From Jatrophihabitans sp. (lineage in GTDB: Bacteria > Actinomycetota > Actinomycetes > Mycobacteriales > Jatrophihabitantaceae), in contig DASXJR010000062.1 in assembly GCA_036497285.1 (NCBI GenBank), positions 281 to 64,280 on the forward strand: 64,000 nt of DNA, given 5' to 3'. This document shows, piece after piece, positions 27,847 to 36,853 of this stretch (position 1 is the stretch's first letter; each line of letters begins with the position of its first letter). The notes below the pieces were generated by a model. That model did not search any database, was not told where the DNA came from, and saw nothing but the letters and a program-made list of their open reading frames with translations. The position numbers were made by a program, and so were the translations under genes.

Positions 27847-28296
27847 GTGATCCGTCCCGCAGGCGTTGACGACGTCCCCGCCATCCTGGCGCTCATCCGC
27901 GAGCTCGCGGGCTACGAACGCGAGCCGGCCAGCACCGTCGAGGCCACCGAAGACGGCCTGCGCGCGGCGCTGTTCGGTCCCGATCCGGTTGTGTGGGCGC
28001 ACGTCGCGGAGATGGACGGGACGGTCGTCGGCACCGCGATCTGGTTCGTCACCTTCTCGACCTGGACGGGCCGGCACGGAATGCACCTCGAGGACTTCGT
28101 GGTCAGCGAGGCAGCACGCGGCACCGGTCTCGGCGTCGCCCTGTTCGACGAGCTCGTGCGCATCTGCGTCGAGCGCGGCTACGCACGCTTCGAGTGGCGC
28201 GTGCTCGACTGGAACGTCGACGCCCAGCGCTTCTACGAGCGTCGCGGCGCCCGTCCCATCCCGGAGTGGATCAGCTGGCGGCTGACGCCCAAGTGA
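27847..28296 (+). CDS. GNAT-family N-acetyltransferase (diamine/spermidine acetyltransferase-like)
   Basis: [24 protein letters not shown]... with acetyl-CoA loop [11 protein letters not shown]. The start could also be the GTG at 27838. Confidence 0.8.
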   Translation: MIRPAGVDDVPAILALIRELAGYEREPASTVEATEDGLRAALFGPDPVVWAHVAEMDGTVVGTAIWFVTFSTWTGRHGMHLEDFVVSEAARGTGLGVALFDELVRICVERGYARFEWRVLDWNVDAQRFYERRGARPIPEWISWRLTPK

Positions 28297-28341
28297 CTTT
28301 TGGCGGCAGACCGTCAAATATCGCGGCTGGCCGCCAAAAGT
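28296..28341. repeat. Family C hairpin element, copy C1
   Basis: ACTTTTGGCGGC - 22-nt loop containing CCGTCAAATA - GCCGCCAAAAGT. Fills the gap between the convergent stop codons of the GNAT gene and ohr. Confidence 0.85.
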
Positions 28342-28343
28342 GG

Positions 28344-28781
28344 CTAGACAACGGTGAGCGTGACCTCGATGTTGCCGCGGGTCGCGCGCGAGTAGGGGCA
28401 GAACTGGTGCGCGAGCTCGACCAGCTCCTGCGCCTTATCCCGGTCGACACCCGGGATCTCGACGCGAAGCTCGACCGACAGCGCCACGCCGCCCTCGATC
28501 TGGCCCAGCGACACCGCTGCGGTCACGGTCGAGTCCGAGGTGTCGATGTCCTGCGTCTTCGCCCGGTTCGCCAGCGCGCCCTGGAAGCAGGCTGCATAAC
28601 CGGACGCGAACAGCGTCTCCGGGTTCGCCTTCGGGTTGGCGCTCGAGCCGGGCTTGCCCAGGTCGAGGTCGATGACGCCGTCCGCGCTGGTGACGTGGCC
28701 GGTGCGGCCGCCGTGCGCGGTTGCGATCGAGGTGTACATGACGGAGGTGAGGGTGTCGGTCACGGTCAATACCGTAGGCAT
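28344..28781 (-). CDS. ohr: Organic hydroperoxide resistance protein (Ohr/OsmC family)
   Basis: 145 aa. Conserved Cys contexts GYAACF and QFCPYS. Confidence 0.9.
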   Translation of the reverse strand: MPTVLTVTDTLTSVMYTSIATAHGGRTGHVTSADGVIDLDLGKPGSSANPKANPETLFASGYAACFQGALANRAKTQDIDTSDSTVTAAVSLGQIEGGVALSVELRVEIPGVDRDKAQELVELAHQFCPYSRATRGNIEVTLTVV

Positions 28782-28802
28782 GCCTCGGTAGGGTGCGACC
28801 AC

Positions 28803-29522
28803 GTGGGCCAGCCGATTGTGAGCCGTTCCCCCGTTCACATCGGACGGGTGGTGGCGGCGGAGCAGCTGACCCCACGCATGCGCCGGGTCACGGTCGGGTC
28901 CGAAGCGATGGTCGGCGTGGCCGTCAAACCGGCGCAGGACATCGAACTGCACCTGGTCGAGCCCGGCGGGCGCAGGGTCAAGCGCCGGTACACGATCCGC
29001 TACGCCCGCCCGGACGCGGGCGAGCTGGATCTGGACGTCGCGCTGCACGGCGCGGGCGCCGGTGCCGAATGGGGTGCGGGCGCACGGTCGGGGGACGAGA
29101 TCCGCTTCCAGGGTCCGCGCGGCAAGCTCGAGCTGCGGCACGCGTCGTGGCACGTGCTGTGCGGGGACGAATCGGCGCTGCCGGCGATCGCCGCGATCAC
29201 CGAGGCGCTGCCGGCGGACGAGCAGGCCGTCGCCGTCATCGAGGTGCACGATCTGCAGGAGCAGTTGCCGGTGCGAGCGGACGTGCGCTGGGTGCACCGC
29301 GGCGAGCACCCGCCCGGCACCCCCGACCTGTTGCTCCCCGAAGCGGAGAAGGTCAGGGTGCCTTACGACTGGGCGCAGTACTACCTGCTCGGCGAGACCC
29401 GCTCGATGGTCGCGTTGCGCGCCCTGTTCGAGGGACGTGGCGCGCTGCACGACACGATCTTCGTCAAGGGGTACTGGAACATCGGGCGTCCCGACCGGAT
29501 CGCGGGACGGACTCCGCGATGA
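28803..29522 (+). CDS. Siderophore-interacting FAD-binding reductase family protein
   Basis: RRYTIR FAD motif, then GPRGK... and CGDESALPAI NAD(P)-binding-type motifs. Start is GTG 28803 or 28818. Confidence 0.8.
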   Translation: MGQPIVSRSPVHIGRVVAAEQLTPRMRRVTVGSEAMVGVAVKPAQDIELHLVEPGGRRVKRRYTIRYARPDAGELDLDVALHGAGAGAEWGAGARSGDEIRFQGPRGKLELRHASWHVLCGDESALPAIAAITEALPADEQAVAVIEVHDLQEQLPVRADVRWVHRGEHPPGTPDLLLPEAEKVRVPYDWAQYYLLGETRSMVALRALFEGRGALHDTIFVKGYWNIGRPDRIAGRTPR

Positions 29523-29602
29523 CCGAGTTCGTCGTCGTCACCACCGAGCTGCGCGACGACGCGGGCCGTCTGGCCGCGCAGACCACCCAGGCCCAGGCCG
29601 TC

Positions 29603-30697
29603 CTACCCGCGGCACCGGCCTAGATCGAGCAGCAACGGCCCGAACGTCGACCCGAGCACGGCATGGTGGCCGGTCGAGGCGATCGAGCCGCCGAGCAGCC
29701 AGCTCTGCATCAGCCGTCCGGTGGCCGCGTCGAGGCAGAAAAGCTGGTTGCCCGTGTCCGAGCCGCGCACCCAGATCGACGACGCTCCCCCGGCGACCAG
29801 CTCCGCCCCGGAGCCGAACAACGCATTGAACGACGGGCGCACCACAGGGCGCAGCGTGCGCGGGTCCAGTCGCATCAGTACGCCGTCACCGGTCGAGAAC
29901 CCGGCGAGCCAGATCGCGCCCGCTGCAGCGACGATCGTGGCCTCGACCGAGCGGATCGTCACCTGGCGTCCGAGTCGGGCCGTGCCCCTCGCGCGCGGCA
30001 CGATCGACTGAAGTTCCGACGGTCCGCTCTGGTACGACGCGATCAGTCGGCCGCGCACCGGGTCGGCGACCAGCAGCGTGATCGGCGCCCGGGCCGACAG
30101 GATGCGGCGGGGCGCGGTCCCCGGGCCCAGCTCGATCAGGTCGAGCCCGACCGCCAGGAACAGGCGATGCTGCATCGCGGCAGCGGCGGTGAAGGTCGAT
30201 ACGCGGGCACCGAAGTCGATCCGCCCGGTGCGTGCGTCGTAGGCCTGCGCCACGCCGCTGGCCACGAGCCAGACGAGCCCACTCGGCGCGTCGGTGATCA
30301 GGTGGGCGTCCTGCAGCGCGGCGGGCAACTCGATCCGTGCGGTTCGTCCGGGCCGGGCGACGTACAGCCCGTCGGCCTGCAGCACCCAGGTGCTGTTGCC
30401 GAGCACGGCGATGTCGAGCACCGGTTCGCCGGATGCGCGTCCCAGCGAGACGTGCGTCAGCCCGATGCCGTTGACCGGATTGACCACGCGTGGCGGACCC
30501 GTCGTGGTCAGCGGCGGCGGCGGCGGCACCGGCGCCGGGTCCTTCTTGGTGGTCGTGACGAGCAGCGCACCCAGCGCGACCACGCCGACCGCGAACCCAG
30601 TGACCCAGCGAATCAGCCCGCGCCGCGCTCCCCCTGACAGTTCCTCTTCCGCGTCGGGCTCGTCGACGCTGTCCGGGAGGAACTCGATGTCGGGCAT
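29603..30697 (-). CDS. Membrane-anchored extracytoplasmic protein, beta-propeller-like repeats, unknown function
   Basis: 364 aa. Single N-terminal TM (FAVGVVALGALLV), Pro-rich linker, then repeated hydrophobic-strand/Gly patterns (VWLVASG, LFLAVG, IWLAGF, IWVRGS). Confidence 0.5.
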   Translation of the reverse strand: MPDIEFLPDSVDEPDAEEELSGGARRGLIRWVTGFAVGVVALGALLVTTTKKDPAPVPPPPPLTTTGPPRVVNPVNGIGLTHVSLGRASGEPVLDIAVLGNSTWVLQADGLYVARPGRTARIELPAALQDAHLITDAPSGLVWLVASGVAQAYDARTGRIDFGARVSTFTAAAAMQHRLFLAVGLDLIELGPGTAPRRILSARAPITLLVADPVRGRLIASYQSGPSELQSIVPRARGTARLGRQVTIRSVEATIVAAAGAIWLAGFSTGDGVLMRLDPRTLRPVVRPSFNALFGSGAELVAGGASSIWVRGSDTGNQLFCLDAATGRLMQSWLLGGSIASTGHHAVLGSTFGPLLLDLGRCRG

Positions 30698-30702
30698 GTG
30701 CC

Positions 30703-32145
30703 CTACAAGATCGGCTCTGGCTCGTAGTCGACCGCGGTCACGTCGGAGACCAGGACGGCGTCTACGCGCCGCACCACGGCGGCCACCTGCGCTCGGGCCG
30801 CGCCGGTGAACGACAACGGTTCGGCGAGCAGCGCGTCCAGGTCGGCGGTGCTCAGCCCCAGCCGCGAGTCGGCGGCAAGCCGCTCGAACAGGTCGTTGCC
30901 GTCGGTCCCCTTCTCGCGCATCTCCAGCGCGACCGCCACGGCGTTCTCCTTGATCGCTTCGTGGGCCTGCTCACGGCCGACGCCCGAGCGGACCGCCGCC
31001 ATGAGCACCTTGGTGGTGGCGAGGAACGGCAGGTAGCGATCGAGTTCGCGCTCGATGACGGCGGGGGACGCGCCGAAGTCGTCGAGCACGGTCAGGGTCG
31101 TCTCGAGCAGGCCGTCGAGGGTGAAGAAGGCGTCCGGGAGCGCCACGCGACGCACCACCGAGCACGACACGTCGCCCTCGTTCCACTGGTCGCCGGCCAG
31201 CTCGCCGATCATCGACGCGTAACCCCGCAGCACGACCATGAACCCGTTGATCCGCTCCGCCGAGCGGGTGTTCATCTTGTGCGGCATGGCACTCGAGCCG
31301 ACCTGGCCAGGCTTGAACCCCTCGGTCACGAGTTCGTTGCCGGCCATCAGCCGGATCGTGGTGGCCAGCGAGGACGGGGCGGCGGCGAGCTGGACGAGGC
31401 TGCTGAGCACGTCGAAGTCGAGCGAGCGCGGATAGACCTGCCCGACGCTGTCGAGTACCCGCTCGAAGCCGAGGTGTGTTGCCACCGAACGCTCCAGTCG
31501 GGCCAGCTTGTCGGCGTCGCCGTCGAGCAGGTCGAGCATGTCCTGCGCGGTGCCGACCGGTCCTTTGATCCCCCGCAACGGGTAGCGCGCGGTCAGCTCG
31601 TCGAGGCGTTCGAGCGCGACCAGCAGTTCGTCGGCGACCGTGGCGAACCGCTTGCCGAGAGTGGTCGCCTGCGCCGCCACGTTGTGCGAGCGGCCGGCCA
31701 TCACCAACGCGTCGTACTCAGCCGCGCGGCGCGCCAGCCGCGAGAGCACCGCCAATGTCTTGTGCCGCACGATCGCCTGTGCCTGCCGTAGCTGCAGCTG
31801 CTCGACGTTCTCGGTCAGATCGCGGCTGGTCATGCCCTTGTGGATCTGCTCGAAGCCGGCGAGCTCGGCGAACTCCTCGATGCGCGCCTTCACGTCGTGC
31901 TTGGTGACCCGCTCGCGTTCGGCGATCCGACTCAGGTCGACGGCCTCGACACCGCGATCGACGATGCGCTGGTAGGCCTCGATCGCACCGTCGGGCACGC
32001 TCACGCCGAGTTCGTGCTGGGCTCGCAGCACCGCCAACCACAGCTGCCGTTCGGCGACGATCTTGTGCGCCGGCGACCACACCGTCGCCATCGCGCTCGA
32101 GGCGTAACGGGCGGCCAGGACGTCCGGAATCACGGGCTTCGGCAC
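30703..32145 (-). CDS. purB: Adenylosuccinate lyase
   Basis: GTG start VPKPVIPDVLAARYASSAMATVWSP. Fumarate-lyase signature GSSAMPHKMN. Confidence 0.9.
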   Translation of the reverse strand: MPKPVIPDVLAARYASSAMATVWSPAHKIVAERQLWLAVLRAQHELGVSVPDGAIEAYQRIVDRGVEAVDLSRIAERERVTKHDVKARIEEFAELAGFEQIHKGMTSRDLTENVEQLQLRQAQAIVRHKTLAVLSRLARRAAEYDALVMAGRSHNVAAQATTLGKRFATVADELLVALERLDELTARYPLRGIKGPVGTAQDMLDLLDGDADKLARLERSVATHLGFERVLDSVGQVYPRSLDFDVLSSLVQLAAAPSSLATTIRLMAGNELVTEGFKPGQVGSSAMPHKMNTRSAERINGFMVVLRGYASMIGELAGDQWNEGDVSCSVVRRVALPDAFFTLDGLLETTLTVLDDFGASPAVIERELDRYLPFLATTKVLMAAVRSGVGREQAHEAIKENAVAVALEMREKGTDGNDLFERLAADSRLGLSTADLDALLAEPLSFTGAARAQVAAVVRRVDAVLVSDVTAVDYEPEPIL

Positions 32146-32165
32146 GTCCTCATTGTCGCACCGGG

Positions 32166-32789
32166 CTACAAAATGAGGTTCAGGCTGACGTAGTCGCAGA
32201 GCCGGCGCATCCTGTCCAGCGGCAACTGCTGCCCGCGGTGGCCGTAGGCGTTGACGGTGACCTCGAGGTTCACCGAGAGCGCCTTGATCTGGGCGAGCAA
32301 CGGGTATCTCCCGTGGACGGACCCTAGGTGCGGCGAGACGTCCGGCCCGACGCCGTGCACGGTGCGCAGCCGAGCTTCCAGGTCGACATTGACGCCGCGG
32401 TAGCGGCCGGTGACGGCCTGGAACAGCACTCGTCCGGACGGGCCGGCGCCGCGTTCGCAGCGGTACACGCCGAGATTGCGGATCGCGATGCCGTGCAGGA
32501 AATGCCACATCGCCGACTCGATCTCGTTCGCCAGCGGCGCGCCGACTTCGCAGTGCACGGCCAGCAGGATCGACGGCGCAGGGGAAACGGCGGTCGACGA
32601 CGACGCCGATGGCTTGGCCGCCGCCGTCTCATGACGCCGTGAACCGTCCGGGCGGGTCGCGGCCCAGATCACCAGAGCTGCGATCACCGCCAGGGCGGCG
32701 GCGACGCGCAGCACCGTGCCGTGCCCGGGCCGGCGCGGGGCACCGGGATCGCCCGGACCGGAATTCAGGAACTCGACCGGCTCGGTCAT
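32166..32789 (-). CDS. Membrane-anchored hypothetical protein
   Basis: 207 aa. One N-terminal TM (LRVAAALAVIAALVIWA), Ser/Ala linker, unknown globular domain. 3-nt gap to purD, 20-nt gap to purB. Confidence 0.5.
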   Translation of the reverse strand: MTEPVEFLNSGPGDPGAPRRPGHGTVLRVAAALAVIAALVIWAATRPDGSRRHETAAAKPSASSSTAVSPAPSILLAVHCEVGAPLANEIESAMWHFLHGIAIRNLGVYRCERGAGPSGRVLFQAVTGRYRGVNVDLEARLRTVHGVGPDVSPHLGSVHGRYPLLAQIKALSVNLEVTVNAYGHRGQQLPLDRMRRLCDYVSLNLIL

Positions 32790-32792
32790 CCT

Positions 32793-34028
32793 TCAGACGG
32801 TAATCGCGCCCTGGACGGCCCGTAGCGCGATGTCCGAGCGCTGCTGCCCGTCCGCGAGCTGGACCGTGGCGGCGAGCGCGTAGGCAGCCTCGCGCGCTGC
32901 GTCGAGGGTCGGCCCGGTCGCGGTCACCGACAGCACCCGCCCGCCGCTGGACACGATGGCCCCGTCGTCGCGGCGTCGGGTGCCGGCGTGGATCACACCG
33001 TCCTGCTCCGCGCCGGTGATCACGTCGCCGGTGCGCGGCGTACCGGGGTAGCCGGCTGCGGCGCGCACCACCGTCACCGCGCTGCCCGTGCGCCACTGCA
33101 ACACCGGCGGAGTGCCACCGGTTGCCGCCCATCGCAGGACGCCGGCGAGCGGCGTGTCAAGCAGGGCGAGCACGACCTGGGTCTCGGGATCGCCGAAGCG
33201 GGCGTTGAACTCGACAACCCGCGGCCCGCGGCTGGTGACCGCGAGTCCGATGTAGAGCAGCCCGGCGAACGGGGTGCCGCGGCGCCGCAACTCGTCGATC
33301 GTCGGCTGCGCCACCGACTGCACGATCTGCGCAGTGAACCCGTCGGGCAGCCAGTCCAGTGGTGCATACGCGCCCATGCCGCCGGTGTTGGGGCCGATGT
33401 CGTCGTCGCCGATGCGTTTGAAGTCCTGGGCCGGGACGAGCGGCACGACTGCGCTGCCGTCGGTGAGGCAGAACAGCGAGACCTCGGGGCCGTCGAGGTA
33501 CTCCTCGATGACCACCCGCCCGCAGGCCCCGGCGTGCGTCAGCGCCTCGGCCCGGTCGGACGTGACGACCACGCCCTTGCCCGCCGCCAGGCCGTCTTCC
33601 TTGACCACGTACGGCGGCCCGAACTCGTCCAGCGCGGCGGCCGCCTCGTCGGCGGTGGTGCACAGGCGGGCTGCAGCGGTCGACACGCCGGCGGCGGCCA
33701 TGACGTCCTTGGCGAACGCCTTGCTGCCCTCGAGCCGGGCCGCCTCGCGCGAGGGCCCGAAGCAGGCGATCCCGCGCGCCCGGACCGAGTCGGCGACCCC
33801 GGCGACCAGCGGCGCCTCCGGGCCGATCACGACGAGGTCGGCTCGGGTGTCGGCGGCCAGATCGGCGACGGCAGCCGGATCGGTGGCGTCGACACCGCGC
33901 TGTTCGGCGACCGCCGCGGTGCCGGCGTTGCCCGGGGCGCAGACCAGCGAGCTGACAGCGGGGTCGTGGGCGAGAGCCAGGCACAGTGCGTGCTCGCGGG
34001 CACCCGAACCGATGACGAGGACACGCAC
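32793..34028 (-). CDS. purD: Phosphoribosylamine-glycine ligase
   Basis: MRVLVIGSGAREHAL... canonical PurD N-terminus and ATP-grasp core. Confidence 0.9.
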   Translation of the reverse strand: MRVLVIGSGAREHALCLALAHDPAVSSLVCAPGNAGTAAVAEQRGVDATDPAAVADLAADTRADLVVIGPEAPLVAGVADSVRARGIACFGPSREAARLEGSKAFAKDVMAAAGVSTAAARLCTTADEAAAALDEFGPPYVVKEDGLAAGKGVVVTSDRAEALTHAGACGRVVIEEYLDGPEVSLFCLTDGSAVVPLVPAQDFKRIGDDDIGPNTGGMGAYAPLDWLPDGFTAQIVQSVAQPTIDELRRRGTPFAGLLYIGLAVTSRGPRVVEFNARFGDPETQVVLALLDTPLAGVLRWAATGGTPPVLQWRTGSAVTVVRAAAGYPGTPRTGDVITGAEQDGVIHAGTRRRDDGAIVSSGGRVLSVTATGPTLDAAREAAYALAATVQLADGQQRSDIALRAVQGAITV

Positions 34029-34047
34029 GCGGCGAGCCTAACGAGGC

Positions 34048-35445
34048 TCAGGTCGCGGCGATGACCAGGCCGGACATCGTGGGCACGAGCACGTTGCGGC
34101 CGTAGAGCGCAGGCGTCGCGAACCGGCTCGTCTCCCCGACCTGGACTTGCTCGCGGGTCACACCCGTGCGCAGGTCGAGCGCATGCAGCACGCCGGCCGT
34201 GGGGTCGAGGGTCCACACCCGTCCGCCGCCGACCACCGGCGAGCCGTTCACGCTGTCCGTTGCCCGCCAGAGCGGGTGCACCGTGCCCGCGTCGTCGATG
34301 CGCACGGCCCGGTCGCCGTCCGTACACGGCACATAGACGACGTCGCCGACGACGGCCGTCCCGCCGTACGAGTGGCACAACGCAACCTGGCTCACCTCGC
34401 CACCGATCCCGCCGAGGTGGCGCTGATCGAGTACGTAGGCCGTGCCGGACTTGCCCGCGGCGAAGACCCAGCGGGCGCCGACCAGCGCCGGACCCTGCGA
34501 ACCGAGATCCAGATCGCCCGCGTTGTCACTCGCCCAGCTCGACGGCGAGAACGAGTCGAGCAGTTGTGCGGATGGGCTGATCTTGAGCACCGAATCGCTG
34601 TGGTCGTACGGATCGCCCTGCACGGACGCGCCGTTGCCGACTTGCACGAACAGGTTTCCGCCCGCGTCGACGGACGGGCCGGGCGGCGTCCAGATGCCGG
34701 CCTCGCGCGCGGTCGGGACCGTGTACGCGATCGGCGCGCCTGTGCCGTCGAGCCGCACCCCGATCACGCGGCCCTTGTAACCGCCGCAGTCGCCGAGCAA
34801 CCCGCCGAAGGGCACCCACACCCGGCCGCCGGTGACGGTGAGCGCCCCGCGCTCCTGCATCGCGCGGGTTTCGACGCCCGGCAGGTCGATCGAGCGGCGC
34901 CACCGCACCGCGCCGGTGTCAAGATCCAGCGCGACCAACTCGTGCCGTGGCGGCGAGCCGTACTCCGGCGCCACGTAGACCGTGCCGTTCGCGACGACCG
35001 GGGTGCCGGTGATGCCCAGTGGATCGATGTTGCCGCAGGGCAGTTCGTCGGCGGTGGCGGGCGAGCCCAGGTGCTGCTCCCACTTCTTGTGGCCGCCGAG
35101 GTCGAACGCGTAGACGGTGTCACCCTCGCTCGCTGCGATCACCACACCGCCCACGACGACCGGCGACGCGTACATCGCGCCGTCCAGCTTCAGGTCGGCG
35201 ACGATCCGAGGCGTGCGGGTGACGGTCGGCATGGACGGTGCGTACCCGGTCCGATCGACCCGGCCGTGGTAGGTCGGCCAGTCGGTGAGGTGCCGGGGCG
35301 GCGGCGCATCCGAAGACAACGCCGACGACGCCGGAGTCGTCGGCGTAGTGCTCGCCGGCGCGGTGGCGCTCGGGCCGCCCGTCCCGCTGCTGGTGCAGCC
35401 TGCGACCAGGACGGCGACCGCGGCCAGCGCGGCCCGCACACGCAT
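34048..35445 (-). CDS. PQQ-like beta-propeller repeat lipoprotein (paralog 1)
   Basis: ATG at 35445. Lipobox LVAGCTSS. Blocks DWPTYHG, CGNIDPLGITGTPV, YTVPTAREAGIWTPPG, DLDLGSQGPA shared with the upstream paralog. Confidence 0.7.
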   Translation of the reverse strand: MRVRAALAAVAVLVAGCTSSGTGGPSATAPASTTPTTPASSALSSDAPPPRHLTDWPTYHGRVDRTGYAPSMPTVTRTPRIVADLKLDGAMYASPVVVGGVVIAASEGDTVYAFDLGGHKKWEQHLGSPATADELPCGNIDPLGITGTPVVANGTVYVAPEYGSPPRHELVALDLDTGAVRWRRSIDLPGVETRAMQERGALTVTGGRVWVPFGGLLGDCGGYKGRVIGVRLDGTGAPIAYTVPTAREAGIWTPPGPSVDAGGNLFVQVGNGASVQGDPYDHSDSVLKISPSAQLLDSFSPSSWASDNAGDLDLGSQGPALVGARWVFAAGKSGTAYVLDQRHLGGIGGEVSQVALCHSYGGTAVVGDVVYVPCTDGDRAVRIDDAGTVHPLWRATDSVNGSPVVGGGRVWTLDPTAGVLHALDLRTGVTREQVQVGETSRFATPALYGRNVLVPTMSGLVIAAT

Positions 35446-36836
35446 CAGTAGCCCAGGACGGTGAGCCCCGACATGGTCCCGATCAGGATGCGCCGTCCCG
35501 ACAGTGCGGGCGTGGCGAACCTGGTCACCGACCCGACCGCGACCGACGCCCGCGCGCCGCCGTGGAACGGGCCGAGGCCGTGCAGCACACCGCTGCCGGT
35601 GTCGAGGGTCCACACCACCCCGCCGCCGACTACCGGCGAGCCGGTGATCGAGGACGGCGCCTGCCACAGCATGTGCATGTGGCCGGAGTTGTCGATCCTG
35701 ACCGCGCGCACCCCATCCGTACACGGCACGTACACGACGTTGTCGCGCACCGCTGTGCCACCGAAGGACGTGCAGAGGCTGGTCTTGCTGACCTGGCCGC
35801 CGATCCCGCCGAGATGCCGCAGGCGCAGCACGTAGGCCGTCCCCGACTTGCCCGCGGAGAACACCCACTTGTTCTGCACGATGGCCGGTCCCTGCGAGCC
35901 GAGGTCGAGGTCGCTCTGGTTGTCGGTCGCCCAGGTTGTCGGCGAAAAATGGTCGAGCAGGCGCCCACCGGTGCCGATGCGCAGGATCGAGTCGCTGAAG
36001 TCGTACTTGTCACCGGGGCCGGACGCGCCGTTGCCGACCGAGACAAACAGGTTTCCTGAAGGTCCGACGCTGGCGCCGGGCGGCGTCCAGATCCCCGCCT
36101 CGCGCGCGGTCGGAACGGTGTAGCGCACGGTTGAACTGCCGTCGAGCTTCCAGCCGACGACCCGTCCCTTGTAGTTGCCGCAGTCTCCGGCCAGACCGCC
36201 GAAGGGCACCCACACCCGGCGGTCGGTGATGGTGAGCGCGCCGCGCTCCTGCATGGCAGTGCGGTCGACGCCCTTGAAGTCGAGGGTCCGCTTGAACACG
36301 ACGGCACCAGTGCCGATCTTGAGCGCGTACAGCCGGTGGAACGGCCGGGCCGCACCGAACTCGGCAGCGACGTAGACGCGGTGGTTGCGCTCGGAGTAGA
36401 CCGGCGTGCCGGTGATCCCGAGCGGGTCGATGTTGCCGCACGGACGTTGCGATGCCGGTGACGGAGCGCCGAGGTGCCGCTTCCACACGACGTGGTTGCG
36501 CGGCCCGAAGGCGTAGACGGTGTTGTTCTCGGTCGCGACGATCGTCAGTCCGCGGGCGACGATCGGCGAGGCGTAGACCTGTCCGTCGAGGGTGATGCGC
36601 CGGATCACGTGCAGGCCGCGGTGATAGGCGGGCATTCGAGCGTTGCGGCCACTGCGTTCGTTGTCGCCGTGGTAGGTCGTCCATTCGTTCGCACCGGCGG
36701 CACGGTGGGCACTGTGAGCCGTGCGGACGGATTGTTCGGCTCCGGCGGGGACGGTGGTCACGGCGGCCAGCGCGGACGTCCCGAGCAACACGGCAGCCAA
36801 GATCGCGGGTGGGTGCATTTGTGCAGTTTGCGCCAT
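35445..36836 (-). CDS. PQQ-like beta-propeller repeat secreted protein (paralog 2)
   Basis: 463 aa. Signal peptide ...TVPAGAEQ. Same conserved blocks as paralog 1. Its TGA shares one nucleotide with the paralog-1 ATG (TGATG). Confidence 0.7.
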   Translation of the reverse strand: MAQTAQMHPPAILAAVLLGTSALAAVTTVPAGAEQSVRTAHSAHRAAGANEWTTYHGDNERSGRNARMPAYHRGLHVIRRITLDGQVYASPIVARGLTIVATENNTVYAFGPRNHVVWKRHLGAPSPASQRPCGNIDPLGITGTPVYSERNHRVYVAAEFGAARPFHRLYALKIGTGAVVFKRTLDFKGVDRTAMQERGALTITDRRVWVPFGGLAGDCGNYKGRVVGWKLDGSSTVRYTVPTAREAGIWTPPGASVGPSGNLFVSVGNGASGPGDKYDFSDSILRIGTGGRLLDHFSPTTWATDNQSDLDLGSQGPAIVQNKWVFSAGKSGTAYVLRLRHLGGIGGQVSKTSLCTSFGGTAVRDNVVYVPCTDGVRAVRIDNSGHMHMLWQAPSSITGSPVVGGGVVWTLDTGSGVLHGLGPFHGGARASVAVGSVTRFATPALSGRRILIGTMSGLTVLGY

Positions 36837-36853
36837 CGCCTAGCGTCAGCGCC

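Noticed and set aside
29519-29623. 34-codon ORF (MTEFVVVTTELRDDAGRLAAQTTQAQAVLPAAPA) overlapping the reductase stop codon (ATGA).
   Set aside because: It is very short, has no motif, and its 3' end overlaps the convergent gene 29603-30697 by 21 nt. It is probably fortuitous.
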